Assembly: GCA_964016885.1 (NCBI GenBank)
Contig: OZ024741.1
Span: 168,020,001-168,084,000, forward strand
Source of the DNA: Eledone cirrhosa
Lineage: Eukaryota
DNA: 64,000 bases
Direction of reading: 5' to 3'
The notes below the pieces were generated by a model. That model worked only from the letters and a program-made list of their open reading frames with translations, did not search any database and was not told the origin of the DNA. Below are positions 13,590 through 26,026 of this stretch, one piece after another (within the stretch, counting starts at the first letter, position 1; each line of letters opens with the position of its first letter). The position numbers and the translations under genes were made by a program.

Positions 13590-13960
13590 TGTCAGTTACA
13601 ATAACAAGTGCTCAAGGTGGTTGAATAACAGAACAACTTGTGAAATTAACATGCAAGTTGCTGAGCATTCGTTAGATGTAATATACTTTTAACAGTTTTC
13701 AGGGCTAGTGAAGGCTGGCTCTTTGAATCACAGGTACAACTCATTTTTATTAGCTGAGTGGACAAGAGCAACATTCCACAGACACCCGTATCCTTAACGT
13801 AAATGTCAGAACGATTCCTCATGACATAGTGTTACAAGGCTGGCTCTTTGTCAGCTGAGTGGACTGGGGTATTATGAAATAAAGTGTCTTGCTGAAAGAC
13901 ACAATGCACCTTACGATTGTGAGCCAAACACCCTAACCACAAAGCCATGTTCCATCACTT
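13590..13960 (-). mobile_element. Degenerate CORE-type SINE with internal duplication
   Basis: CAGCTGAGTGGACTGG...GAAATAAAGTGTCTTGCT...CTAACCAC. The AAGGCTGGCTCTTTG segment is present twice. Confidence 0.7.
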
Positions 13961-14957
13961 GATGTGCTATAGTAACAAAGAAAAACACATAGATAGGGTA
14001 TAAGGGAGAAAGTAGAATAGAATAGAATAATCGAAAAAGATACCATTGGATATTATCTGGCTTTTATATGTTTATTAATTATATCAGCTCTGGCGGTTTA
14101 TAATGTCCAACTAAATACTTGTGTTGATGTAAGCAAATACAGAACAGCTCATTATGGGTGATCTGTCCATTTCCATTTTGGAATATTATTGATTTCTAAT
14201 TTTGGCATAAGTCCAGCAATTAAAGAAAGGGCAATATTGATAAAATCAACCCCAGTACTTGACTAGGAATTTATTTTATCAATGTCAGAAGGATGAAAGG
14301 CAAAGTTGACTACAGTGGAATGTAAAGATTCAGAATATATACCACAGGGGCATGTCATCTGCTGGTCTACTTATCCACTATCTTTCATTTTGGAACAGTA
14401 TTTTGACTTTTAATGCTAAACACTGCTAAACATTGCTGGTACTCAAGGCTGGTTCTAGCCACTAGAAGCTAAAATGATTTCTAAACATTTTTTACTTATG
14501 TTACACTTAATACTTAAATTTAAAAATACATTCAAAAGAGGTATTTAAACATATTAGCATAGCATACATTAGAAATATAAATAACCAAAAATACAGAAAA
14601 ATATTCATACTTCCTTCTTTAGACAATAAATGGAGTAAAGTATTCAGTGAGAAACATGAGCTTGATGTTTCTTTGGCAATGTTGATGTTTCTTTGGCTTG
14701 ATGTTTCTTTAGTCCTCACGTTGACAGCTATATATGAACTTTGTTTCGAATTTCAATTTATATTTTTCACATTTTGAAACAGAATCCTGTTCTTTGGCAG
14801 CACACCTAATTACACGTAATCGGCACATTTAATTACATCTCATGGCACATGTAATTACATTTTGTGGAGCATAGTTTAGGAAGCAATGTTTTATCACACT
14901 GTTTTTATAGGCAGTCATCAAATCATGAACAGACCATGATATCACCATAATACTGTT

Positions 14958-15258
14958 ACTGTTTTCTTTTAGTCTTCAAATATAACTGTTTTTCCTCTGA
15001 CCTCCAAATGTAACTGTTTTTCCTTTGACTTCCAAATATAACTGTTTTCTCTTTGACCTCCAAATATAACTGTTTTTCCTTTGACCTCCAAATATAACTG
15101 TTTTCTCTTTGACCTACAAATATAACTGTTTTTCCTTTGACCTACAAATATAACTGTTTTTCCTATGACCTCCAAATATAACTGTTTTTCATTAGTGTCC
15201 AAAACATAACTGTTTTCCTTTATTCTTCAGATAAAATTGTTTTCAATGTCTCCAAATT
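14958..15258. repeat. 28-bp minisatellite (AAATATAACTGTTTTTCCTTTGACCTCC)n, about 10 copies
   Basis: Seen directly. Copies degrade at both ends. Confidence 0.95.
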
Positions 15259-15792
15259 TACAAAAAATTTTATTGACTTAAAATTTTACATATAGTTGTA
15301 TATAAACAAGGAAAAAAAACGGGAGAGGAACAAAAATAAATGTAAAGAAAGAAAGATATGGGAAGGGGGAAATTCTTGGCTAGAAAGTACATCTCAGTTG
15401 CATGGACAATATGGTGAAAGTATTGCTACCAAGAACAGCCAGTGCCACCTATTGCATAAATGATTTCACCGTATGGGACTCCTTCCCTGGGTAAGATGTT
15501 CTCTTTCCAATTTGGCAGAAGAAAACAGCAGTCCCATGATAGAGAAGGACAATGAAGATCTCCATGACAACATGTATGTTTTACTGAGAGAGGACAATGG
15601 GGAATAACTTATTTGATAATCATTATAAAAATACAATTCATTAAAATAGGGGAAATTTATATAAATTTTAGATGTATTTAAAAATGTATTCATATTAAAA
15701 GTAGGATTATTAAGCTATGAAAAATTATTGGTTCAATTTATTAGTATAGCATATACATAAGGATGCTCAAACACTCACCCCCATCTCCAATA

Positions 15793-15920
<128 letters not shown>

Positions 15921-16529
15921 GAATTTGACCATGTGTTAGATAATCGCTAGCTCTTCAGTATATATATATATATATGTATACACACACACATACATATATT
16001 TATATATGTATGCATATATTTATTTATCTGAATTATATATATAATACATATATGATATGTGCGATCGTTGGTGACTGGATGGTTTATTTTTAAATATTGC
16101 ACTTTAACTCATACACAAAAAAATGTTTCTATTTTACTATCAATAAATTTCTGAATATTAAAACACAATCTGTTCAGAACTTTTGAAAACAATTAAAAAA
16201 AGATAATAAAAGATCCCAAGAATATATATGTTTATTTGATCGTTGCCAACAAGTAATGTGATTTCATATATATTTTCTTTTTATTAAATATGCTTTAGAA
16301 TGATTTTTGATAAAAAAATTCCTTTGAAGGCAATATTGTTTTTAGGTCTCTTAGATGTTTTATGGTTGAATAAAATACATTTATTGTTTTTTGCGATCAG
16401 TGTCTTTTTTCTGTTGTAGTTGGTATAGCTAATGTTAGTGTTTAGATCAGCAGTTTCTAAATTGGGATCCAAAAAGGTAGTAATGGAAGTCTGTAAGCTA
16501 AGTTTAAAATTGCAAATAGTTATAAATAT

Positions 16530-16706
16530 AATTGTTTCTACTTTTGACACAAGGCCAGCAATTACCCAGTGCATTACTGGTACTTTATTTTATCGACCCC
16601 GTAAGGATGAAAGGCAAAGTCAACCTCGGCGGGATTTGAACTCAGATCGTAAAGGGACGTAACTATGCTGGAAAGCATGGCGTCCGACCCTCTACCGATA
16701 CTGCCA
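16530..16706 (-). mobile_element. SINE subfamily A
   Basis: Reverse complement of the 55293 copy, flanked by an ATAAATATAAT direct repeat. Confidence 0.9.
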
Positions 16707-16716
16707 AATAAATATA

Positions 16717-16930
16717 ATGGTTTCTGATTTAGGCACAAGGCCTACAATTTTGGGGAAGGGGAAAGTTGATTAAATCAACCCCAGTGCATGACTGGTACTT
16801 TATTTTATCAACCTCATAAGGATGAACGGCAAAGCTAACCTTGGCAGGATTTTAACTCAGAACGTAAAGGGCCTTAACTCTATGCTGCAATGCATGGTGT
16901 TCGACGCTCTACATATTCTGCCATCCACCA
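16717..16930 (-). mobile_element. SINE subfamily B
   Basis: Reverse complement of the 11362 copy. Confidence 0.88.
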
Positions 16931-17299
16931 CTCTGTACACACACTAATTGGTATTTGTATATATCAGCAGTTCCAAATAGGGGTCTGGCATGTAAATTCA
17001 GAATTTCAACTACGTTTAAACTTAATCTACATGCACTATTGCATATCTATTTGTCTTTAAGTATGAACATTTCTCTCATTTGATCATTATTCTTACACAT
17101 ACACATAGATTCATACACTGCATAGCAAATGGAACGCCAGCTGCTGTTTTGCTATAGTTTCTTCACCATCCCCTTCCTTCCTTTTACACACGCATATATT
17201 CACACAAACACTCACACACACATTGTGTGACGGATGGACGGAAGTCACTCAAATTTATATAGAGATTTCAATTCTCTTCCAAAAGTGGAGCCCTGCCTG

Positions 17300-17700
17300 T
17301 GAAACACTCTGTGGTCCCCTGTCACAGTGATTAATACATTCTGTATTCAGCATATTTGGAGAGAAGGACCATAAAGGTCAGGATTTCAGGAATCCTGCCG
17401 AATTTGAATATCAATTGGATCCTAGCCTGCATGAACTCGGAGGGTAGTTATTCTTCTTGAGAGGAAAAGAACCCAGTGGGAAAGCTGGTCTAAGATCAGT
17501 GTGGAGGTGTTCCTCTACATCAAACCAGACAAGATTGATAAGATCCCAGACCTTATTTGGTTGCCAGGTGGAATGGAGTTGCATGTATTTGTTGAGGACA
17601 AAAAGCCTCGTTGCCATTTGAGTGAGGAGACTGGCCTCTTGAGAACTTTCTGCTCTCAACAGAAGACTGGGAATCATAGGGCCTTCTTGCTGCCAACACT
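17300..17700 (+). mobile_element. Degenerate ORF1 (gag-like zinc knuckle) of an L1/Tx1-type retrotransposon
   Basis: TIKVRISGILPN...HVFVEDKKPRCHLSEETGLLRTFC resembles a decayed CX2CX4HX4C knuckle. Confidence 0.6.
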
Positions 17701-18029
17701 AGGGCCCCAACAGCCACAACAACAACAACAATGACACCAACCCCAATAGCAACAACAATATCAACGACAGTGACAGCAAAGCCAGCAACTGCAGCAACAT
17801 CATCAACAACAGCAACACCAACATATAGGCACTCACACAAATACTAACACAGTCCCACCCATATCTGAGACAGATTCAGTTACTGGTACCTCCTCATCTC
17901 GAAATGGAGAGGGAACCTTAAAAAAAACAAAACAAAAAAGAAAACACACAGAAAATACATCTTGCCTCATGCCAACACACACCAAAAACAGAGAATACAG
18001 CTGCAGCAATTAGAGACACAGCTACACCA

Positions 18030-19290
18030 ACAACTGTCTGTACAAGGGAATCAATATGTTCATAGGATTTCCCATAAAGTTTTAGGTAGTTTATCTTAAA
18101 CTCACGTCTTCTCCACTCATAGCCTGCCTTTGACCTTCTCAACACCAATGAAAGTGGAACCACACACAATACAAATATCAAAGTCGAAAGACTGTCTCCC
18201 TGAAATATTCCTCTATTGATCTTCTCAACACCCTATGTCTGTTTACATGATGTCAACTCAGTCTTCCAACAATCCATGCTGCTCACCAGAAACTCTCTAA
18301 TGTCAGCTGCAATAACAAATATTTTCAAACATTCTACTATCCAACTATGTGGCAACCTGTCGTAAGCCTTGCAGTAACTAATCCAAGCCATGGCAAGATT
18401 TGTGTGTCTCCTTTTACAATCTATAAGGATCTCCTTATCAATCAACAATTGATCCTTAGCCCCCTGCTTCTTCTCTTACATCCCTTCTGCTCTGCAGGTA
18501 GTGTCTCCTCCAGGTATTCATACATTGCCCCAGCAATGACATCTGTCAGAAGTTTCCACATAAGAGGGAGGTAAGAGATAGGTCTAAAGTTACCAACTGC
18601 ATTTCCCTTGATTGGTTCCTTCAAACTCAAGATCGTTCTCCCATAGGTTAACCATTCTGGCAACCTCTCTTCTCCAAGAACTTATTCAGTTTCTCAGCAA
18701 TTCTCCCATGAAGAGCCCTCAACTTTTTCAACCAGAACCCTTACACACCATCTCTGCCAGGCACTTTCCAATTTGGTATCTTTCTACACTGGATAGTTAC
18801 CATATCAGTTGTTATCTCTAATTCTCCCTGTTGATTATCCCCAATGTCATTTTTGATGTTAGTCAGCCTCTCCACACTTCTATTGTGCTCTTTTCCTACA
18901 CTCCAGATATCACACCAAAACTTCTTACTTTCATCCACATCAAGGATTACATCATCATTCCTAACCATGCCATTTACCTCCTGATAGAATCTCTGATTTT
19001 GTTGGAAATATACTTTCCGTTTATACTGTGTGGTCTATTGCAGCTTTGGCAAGTACCTTTTGTTTCAGCTCTTCAATTTACCGTAGTAATCTTTCTCCCG
19101 CTATTGTAATATTGTACTTCCCTGTAAGTTGTTCCATCTTCCCCATTTTTCTTAATTCATCTCATTTTTTCCTTTCTTGAATATTTATATCTTTCCTAAG
19201 CATTTTGATGTCCCCTTCAATTCTTCTTTTCCCCCATGGTTCCTTAATCTGCTTTTGTGTAATCTGTTTTCATTTCAGTAGCATCCCAGT
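18030..19290 (-). mobile_element. Degenerate R4/Dong-clade non-LTR retrotransposon RT
   Basis: [75 protein letters not shown]. Confidence 0.85.
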
Positions 19291-19444
19291 CATAGGTAGC
19301 TATTTCAGACCTCTCGCTGGTGCTGGGCTACCATATTATTTTGTTTGTCGAAAGGAGAGGCTATTATTATTCATAGTACTTCATTGGTCTACCAGAGATT
19401 CCTGGTTGTATGATGGGGGTGGGTGGGAAGTATCAGGAGTTTGC

Positions 19445-19945
19445 ATAGAGAAGTGTTGCTAAAAGTAAGCTTACATAGAGAATAAGAACAGAGAGGATTC
19501 AACAGCCCAGTACACCACATGGTGATAGAATAGAGAGAGAGAAGGAAAAAGAAGGAAGAAAAATACAATGAGATGAAATGAAATGATGGAAAAAGAAAGA
19601 AAAAATACAATTTGGGGGTGGGGGGAGGTTGATTAAATCGACCCCAGTGTATTGCTGGTGCTTATTTATCCTTATTTTCATAAGGATGAAAGGCAAAACT
19701 AACAAGAAAAAATACAATAATGAGATGAAATAAAATGAAAAGTTGAATTACTTTACTCATCAGCTGTACATCTTAACTTTAGCTTCTGTCTGAACAAATG
19801 ATAGAGAGAAGTATTGCTAAAAGTAAGCTTACATAAAAAATAAAAGAACAAAAAGAACAGAGAGGGCCCGACAGCCCAAATACATCACATGAAGATAGAA
19901 TAGAGAGGGAAGGAAAAATACAATAAAAAATACAATAATGAGAAA
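19445..19945. repeat. Diverged local duplication of about 140 bp (19445-19590 and 19801-19943)
   Basis: GAGAAGTRTTGCTAAAAGTAAGCTTACATA...GATAGAATAGAGAG occurs twice, with a SINE fragment at ~19612-19700 between. Confidence 0.85.
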
Positions 19946-20316
19946 AAAAAATCATTGTTATTATTGTTATTCACATTTTGTACACAGATTTGCCTGAAGA
20001 TATGAAACTATTGGTTGCAAATGTAATATCATGTCTATGAATTATAATAAATAAATATTATTAGGTAAAAGTGGAGGGACAGTGGTTGTAGTCATTTCAA
20101 TGTATTCTAAACAACAAAATATGGTTAACTATTTGACTGTGAACGTTCAATTTGAATTCTCTGAGACCATTGGTTTATGAGAAAACATTCAATGCAATGG
20201 ATGCTGTTTAAAATGGATAACTGTTTTCTTTATCATTGAATGGGAGGAGAAGCATTAATAATGTGTTTAATGTAGAAGACTTCAAAGTGTCTTGAATAGT
20301 AGGACATAGAATAGGA

Positions 20317-20532
20317 ACGATCGACTTTCGTCAAATCGGACCGAAGGAACAATGTTTCCGTTGGTCTTTCCAATTGCTAATACTATCTATCGGTCGCAAC
20401 TCCAGGTAGAAGGAGCAACGTGAAATAAAGTATCTTGCTCAAGGACATAACGCATCGCCTGGTCCAGGAACCGAACTCACAACCTTACGATTGCGAATCC
20501 AATTCTCTAACCACTCAGCCACACGCCTTCAC
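20317..20532 (-). mobile_element. tRNA-derived SINE: CORE-type head plus structured tail module
   Basis: A box TGGCTGAGTGG and B-box-like GAGTTCGGTTCC on the minus strand. Highly similar to 54937-55151. Confidence 0.9.
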
Positions 20533-20559
20533 ATAGGTACCATTAAAATTATTGTTGTT

Positions 20560-20985
20560 GGACTTGTCGGCTCTGATGATCAGTGTTTTAGTTATTCGAT
20601 CAACTGAATGGCTTGCATATGAAATTAATGAGCAAGTGGCTGAGCATTCTACAGACATGTATACTTAACAAGGTTCAGAAAGAGGTACTAGAAAGACACA
20701 AGTGTGTAGTAAAGCTGGCCCTTTGAATTAGGTATTGTGTATTATACATAGTACCAGTGGCTGAAGTTTTCACAGATAGATGTACCCCTAACATAATTCT
20801 CAGGGAAATTTAGCATAAACAGTGTATGACAAGGCTGGTCCTTTGAAATACAGGTACAGCTGACTAATTTCAGGTGAGTGAAATGGAACAACAAGAAATA
20901 AAGGTTTTTGTTCAATTACACAATGCACTGCTGGCATTGTACTCACAAGCAGAATACCTCAACCATTAAGCTATGTGCCTTCACA
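20560..20985 (-). mobile_element. Degenerate CORE-type SINE with internal duplication
   Basis: Similar to 13590-13960 (GTGGCTGAGCATTC, AAGGCTGGTCCTTTGAAATACAGGTACA). Confidence 0.65.
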
Positions 20986-21317
20986 TTTCCACTCATATTG
21001 TGCACTCAATAAACATGACATCATGCCATACCATTGAAGGTTAAGATTTTGTACAAAATCCATAGATTTAATACTGTCAGAAGTTCACCTTTTTATAAGA
21101 TGATGCTGTCTGAAAGTCTATCTCTTTGCCCTGCAGAAGGAATTAAACACAGTTATTTATGTTCTTTGTAATGTAGTAAGGAACAAATACCTGAAGTTTT
21201 GGCTTTGCTCTTCAAATATAATTTTACAATTGATTTTTCACATGAACTTACACTTTACATGGCTGAAGCTTCAAGGCAAGCATATAGCCTTTGATAAGAT
21301 TAATGATACCAATCAAG

Positions 21318-21500
21318 GGGATATGGACTGGCAGAACTGTTAAAGAATCAGATAGTACGTTTTGCAATACCTTTTCTGACTCTGTTCAAATCATACGTTT
21401 TTGACACAGACAAAGCAGCAATGCTACTACCAGGAGTTGTGAACAGCAGATAATACTAACAATGGAAAGACCAATGGAATTCTTTTGTCTCCTTTCCTTT
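21318..21500 (+). mobile_element. Degenerate SINE: Meta-type head plus the same structured tail module
   Basis: GGACTGGCAGAACTGTTAAAG head, then CTACCAGGAGTTGTGAACAGCAGATAATACTAACAATGGAAAGACCAATGGAA. Confidence 0.6.
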
Positions 21501-21664
21501 GAGATAAAATAAAATGATTCAAAATGGTGTTCAGCAGACAGAATACTCCTTCCTCAGCAGGCTGACCTCTTGTGGGAAGTAATTGGCCTAAAAAAAGATT
21601 ATAAACATTATCAAATATCAATTAATATGTGTTCTGATGTTTTGTACTCTGTTTAAGCAGAAAT

Positions 21665-21855
21665 AATTGTTTCTACTTTTGGCACAAGGCCAGCAATTAC
21701 CCAGTTCATTACTGGTACTTTATTTTATCGACCCCGTAAGGATGAAAGTCAAAGTTAACCTCGGCGGGATTTGAACTCAGAATGGCAAGGGCCGTAACTC
21801 TATGCGTCAAAGCATGGCGTCCGACCCTCTACCGATACTGCCAATCCACCGCCCT
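21665..21855 (-). mobile_element. SINE subfamily A, full length
   Basis: Complete head to tail. TSD GTTTAAGCAGAAATAAT. Confidence 0.92.
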
Positions 21856-21870
21856 TGTTTAAGCAGAAAT

Positions 21871-22087
21871 AATGGTTTCTAATTTAGGCACACGGCCAAC
21901 AAGTTTTGAGGAGGAGAAAGTCAATTAAATCAACCCCTATGCATTACTGGTACTTTATTTTATTGACCCCGTAAGGATGAAAGGCAAAGCTAACCTCAGC
22001 AGGATTTGAACTCAGAACGTAAAGGACCTTAACTCTATGCTGCTAAGCATGTTGTCCGTTGCTCTACTGATTTTGTCAGTCCGCCAC
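21871..22087 (-). mobile_element. SINE subfamily B, full length
   Basis: Complete head to tail. TSD TTAAGCAGAAATAAT. Confidence 0.9.
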
Positions 22088-22944
22088 TCTTAAGCAGAAA
22101 TAATGATTAGAAGAAGGATTGACACAAGTATCATGAGTGTGAGTATGTGTGTCTGTGGGGGGGGGGGGGGGGTAATTTTCAATGACAAGACCATTTGGTC
22201 TCTGTTGGAAGGTGTTAACGATTAAATCATTTAAGTAGAAATGCAGATCCTTAAAAATAAAATCAAGAAAATGTTATCAAGTTATTTAAATCATGTTAGT
22301 TTCTTACTGAAACCATATATATGGGGATAAAGGTGTATTATTGTGAATGCAGTATACATCAGTATTTAGTTAGACTAACTCGCCAATTCATGTCCATATC
22401 CTGGAGTTGTAAGAGTGTTGACACTTGGACGTTTTTAAACCTGGTTTTTAATCTCTCACAAGGTCTGAAAGAAACCAATTTCTGAGAGAGGTGGAGAGAG
22501 GAGAGAGAGGGAGACAGGGAGAGAGAGCGAGGGAGAGAGAGAGGGGGTGGGAGAATCAATCCCATACTTGTCTGGAACTTTTTTTATCAACCTTGAGAGG
22601 ATGAAAGTCAATGTTGACCTTAGTGGGATTTGAACTCGGAGTATAGAAATCCAAAACAAATACTGCAATGCCTTATATCTAACTTTCTAACTACTCTACT
22701 AATTCACCACCAAACAGATAGACAGGAGCAATGAAATAACTAAGTTAAAATAGGTTAAGTAGTGATGAGGAGGTCATGCAAGACACATAAGAGTTGATTG
22801 TATTGCCTAAGGATTGTATTTCACATAAAACAGCATAATAGGAATTCTTAAGTAAAATATGGCAGATCTCCATTTGTGTGTTCACACAGAAATTGTTGTA
22901 ATTAGTCATGGAGATAATAATTAGATTTTCAATGACATGCTGGT

Positions 22945-23300
22945 ACGACGGTGATGGTGACGATGATGGTGGCAATGGTGATGATGGTGATGTTGATAAT
23001 GGTGATGACTGTGATGCTGATGTTGATAGTGATGATGATGTTAATAGTGATGATGATGTTGATAATGATGATGATGATGATCATCATCATCATCATCATC
23101 ACTAAATCATCATTGCCAAATATATAAAAATTAAATAATATAATTCTTGTGACTAGGTCTGACGTAACTAATTTTGATGGGTATAATGATGATGACAGTG
23201 ATGGTGGTAATAATGATTTTGATGATGATGATGATGATGATAATGATGATAGTGATGGTGATGATGATGATGTAATGTTGATGATAGTGATGGTGACAAC
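22945..23300. repeat. (GAT)n/(GGT)n low-complexity region with an adjacent (CAT)n block
   Basis: Seen directly. Explains the poly-D and poly-H ORFs. Confidence 0.95.
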
Positions 23301-23539
23301 AGAGATGGTAGAGGTTCTAGGGTGTGTGGGGAAACCAACATGTTAGGTTTAACTTGCTGATTAGCAAATGCATTCCAAAGTACTGGGGATAAACTGCAAA
23401 AATAAAGATAAATAGATGCAGACACGGCTTCATGTTTAAAGAAGGCTTTTTGCCACCATGTGGTTACAGGTTGTCCCATTGTTCAGCATCTTGGGTGGAA
23501 TTTGGTAGATGGAACGATCTTATCGATATATCTATAAAT

Positions 23540-24195
23540 ATTACTCACTGTCCTCACAAGCCATTCCTCTACTCTTAGTTTCCTTAGGTACCACCAGATG
23601 ACAGATTTGGGTACCCTATCAAAGGCCTTCTCTAGGTCAACAAAAGCTAAGTATAGTGGCTTATTCTTCTCTAAGAACCTCTCTTGTAGTTGTCTCACTA
23701 AGAAGAAGGCATCTGTTGTACTTTTCGCAGGCACAAAACCAAACTGCATCTCATCTAGTTTGACCCTTTCTCTAATCAGTTGCGCTAATATTCTCTCTGC
23801 CACTTTCATAATCTGACCCATCAGCTTTATGTCCCTATAATTGCTCCTCTCCAGAGCCTCCCCTTTACCTTTGTAGCAATTTATGAGAATACTGCTGCAC
23901 CAGTCTTTGGGTATGACATCACCATATATAGCTTGATTGATGTTGCGTGCAACAAATTTAGTGCCTACTTCTCCTGGTGCCTTCAGCATCTCAGCAACTA
24001 TCCCCGCCGGTCCAGCAGCCTTACCATTATTCATTTCCTTAATTGCCTCTTGTACCCTATATTCGTCAATCTCAATAGTTGGTTCCTCTGTCGGGTCTAC
24101 TGGGGTAATTTTTCTCTCTCCCATTCGTTCTCCACATTCATTAGTCTCTCATAGTGACATTTCCAGGCCTCCTTTTTTTGATCTTTCATGACAGT
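23540..24195 (-). mobile_element. RTE LINE RT fragment (sister subfamily of the 33057 element)
   Basis: GKAAGPAGIVAEMLKA, LDEMQFGFVPAKSTTDA, FVDLEKAFDRVP. Confidence 0.92.
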
Positions 24196-24492
24196 AAGTA
24201 TATATATATACACAGAGAGAGTGAGAGAAAGAGGCACAGACACAAATATATATATATACTCACACACACGCACATACACACACATATATATATAGACATA
24301 TATATATATGTGTGTCTGTGTCTATTGAAGGATTACAACTTATTAGTTTGACAAAAAACAAACAAAAAATAAACAGATCGATAAAATATGTTTAACAAAA
24401 AGATGTGGTTGATGCATATATATTTTAAAGGGAGCATTTCATACTTAAATACTCCTGCGTCGAAGGTCAACATTTTAGCAGTATTATATAGA

Positions 24493-24950
24493 TGTAGTAA
24501 TGTAATAGTTATAGCGCCAAGAGTAACCAGTTCAGTAGAAAGATATGTTAGGAATATCAACAACGACTTTAGCTCGTTTTACATTATTTATTAACAAAGG
24601 TTGAGCTGAGCAGAGCTGAGTAGAGCTGAATAGAGCTGAGTAGAGCTGGCATGCCAAAACGAATGAAACAAACAAATTAAGATTTCAGAAGGCACAGTCT
24701 ACTGGCTGAAGTGTTGCCAGGCCGTGCTTATGTTGTGTTACATATTGGCTAGTGATTTCATGGCATCAGAGAAGCAGTTGTTTACCTTTCCATGGTCAGG
24801 CTGCAAGAGAGCGATTTCTCGAATCGAAGCGGGAATTTTTACCTGCAGGGCGCATAGTAATACATTCTCCTCCGCTGGCGGTCATTGGCTGGGCTGAGCC
24901 AAATAACGCACGGAGAATGTATATGAGCCCGCGGAATGTAGGTCACTACA
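24493..24950 (-). mobile_element. Solo-LTR-like element
   Basis: TGTAGT...ACTACA inverted termini. Minus-strand CCAAT box and AATAAA (~24585). Internal (AGAGCTGAGT)n. First ~150 bp homologous to 38242. Confidence 0.6.
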
Positions 24951-25309
24951 TATGTACCAGACTTTAATAAATCAAGGTATGTCCTAGCATGATCACAGTT
25001 AAATGACTAAAACTAAAATAGTAAAAGAATTATTGATGTCCATAAACCATCAACTTTATTCTGATTTTCATTCTATTTCACATGGAAATAATTTGTGTAT
25101 CTTAGCTGCCACAATTTAGAATTATTTGATTAATTATGGACAAAGATTAATGAGATTTTCATAACAAAAGATGAATTGTGAATAGTTCCTCTTTAAGTAG
25201 AGGCTTCTTCTTAAAAAAGATTTAATATTTTATGCATGCAGGCCTTGTTCCACTGTGCATTGTGCAGAGTGTAATGTTTTGATTTTATTGCCTCACATAT
25301 ATACGCAGC

Positions 25310-25520
25310 ATTAACCCTTTTGTTATCATATTTCTAATAACATCCACTCCCTTATATTTTTGAATAACTTTGAAAATAATTAAAAAATCAGGAGTAATTT
25401 GGTAATATAACTAATTTTCTCATTAAGCTGGAGTTTGGAACATAACTTAACAAATGTTCTTACATAAAATTATTTATGAAGGAAGGTTTTTAGATAATTA
25501 TAAATACTTTAAAATGAACA
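25310..25520 (+). mobile_element. Partial MITE with piggyBac-like TTAACCC terminus
   Basis: Begins TTAACCCTTTTG. A related inverted copy lies at ~57860-58103. Confidence 0.4.
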
Positions 25521-25672
25521 GTATTTTATTCTAGTTACTCCATCAAAATGAAGAGGACTCACAGAAGGCCAAAATAGTTATTATGAAGGTCATAAAATGC
25601 AAGACAGAAGGGTTTTGACAATTAAATATGGTTATTAAATCAATCAAGGAATGGATTAGTTACCTCACTAAT

Positions 25673-25864
25673 AATTGTTTCTACTTTTGGCACAAGGCCA
25701 GCAATTATCCTAGTGTATTACTGGTACTTTATTTTATTGGCCCTGTAAGGATGAAAGGCAAAGTTAACCTCGGTGGGATTTGAACTCAGACCATAAAGGG
25801 CCGTAACTCTTTACTGCAAAGCATGGCGTCCGATCCTCTACCAATACTGCCAATCCACCGCCCT
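25673..25864 (-). mobile_element. SINE subfamily A, full length
   Basis: Complete. 18-bp TSD AGTTACCTCACTAATAAT at 25658-25675 and 25901-25918. Confidence 0.92.
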
Positions 25865-25987
25865 AGTTACCAGTTGAGTTTAACTTCAGTTTATTATTAG
25901 AGTTACCTCACTAATAATAAACTGAAGTTAAACTCAACTGGTGCATGTGTTTTTAATCACAGAATAACTCTCACAAAGTAAAACAAT

Positions 25988-26026
<39 letters not shown>

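Noticed and set aside
14958-15258. CRISPR-like periodicity
   Set aside because: Contiguous 28-bp units with no unique spacers, no cas genes and a eukaryotic context.
21427-21621. Minus-strand ORF after a T-rich acceptor
   Set aside because: Its 3' part is the SINE tail module, so coding status is unsupported.
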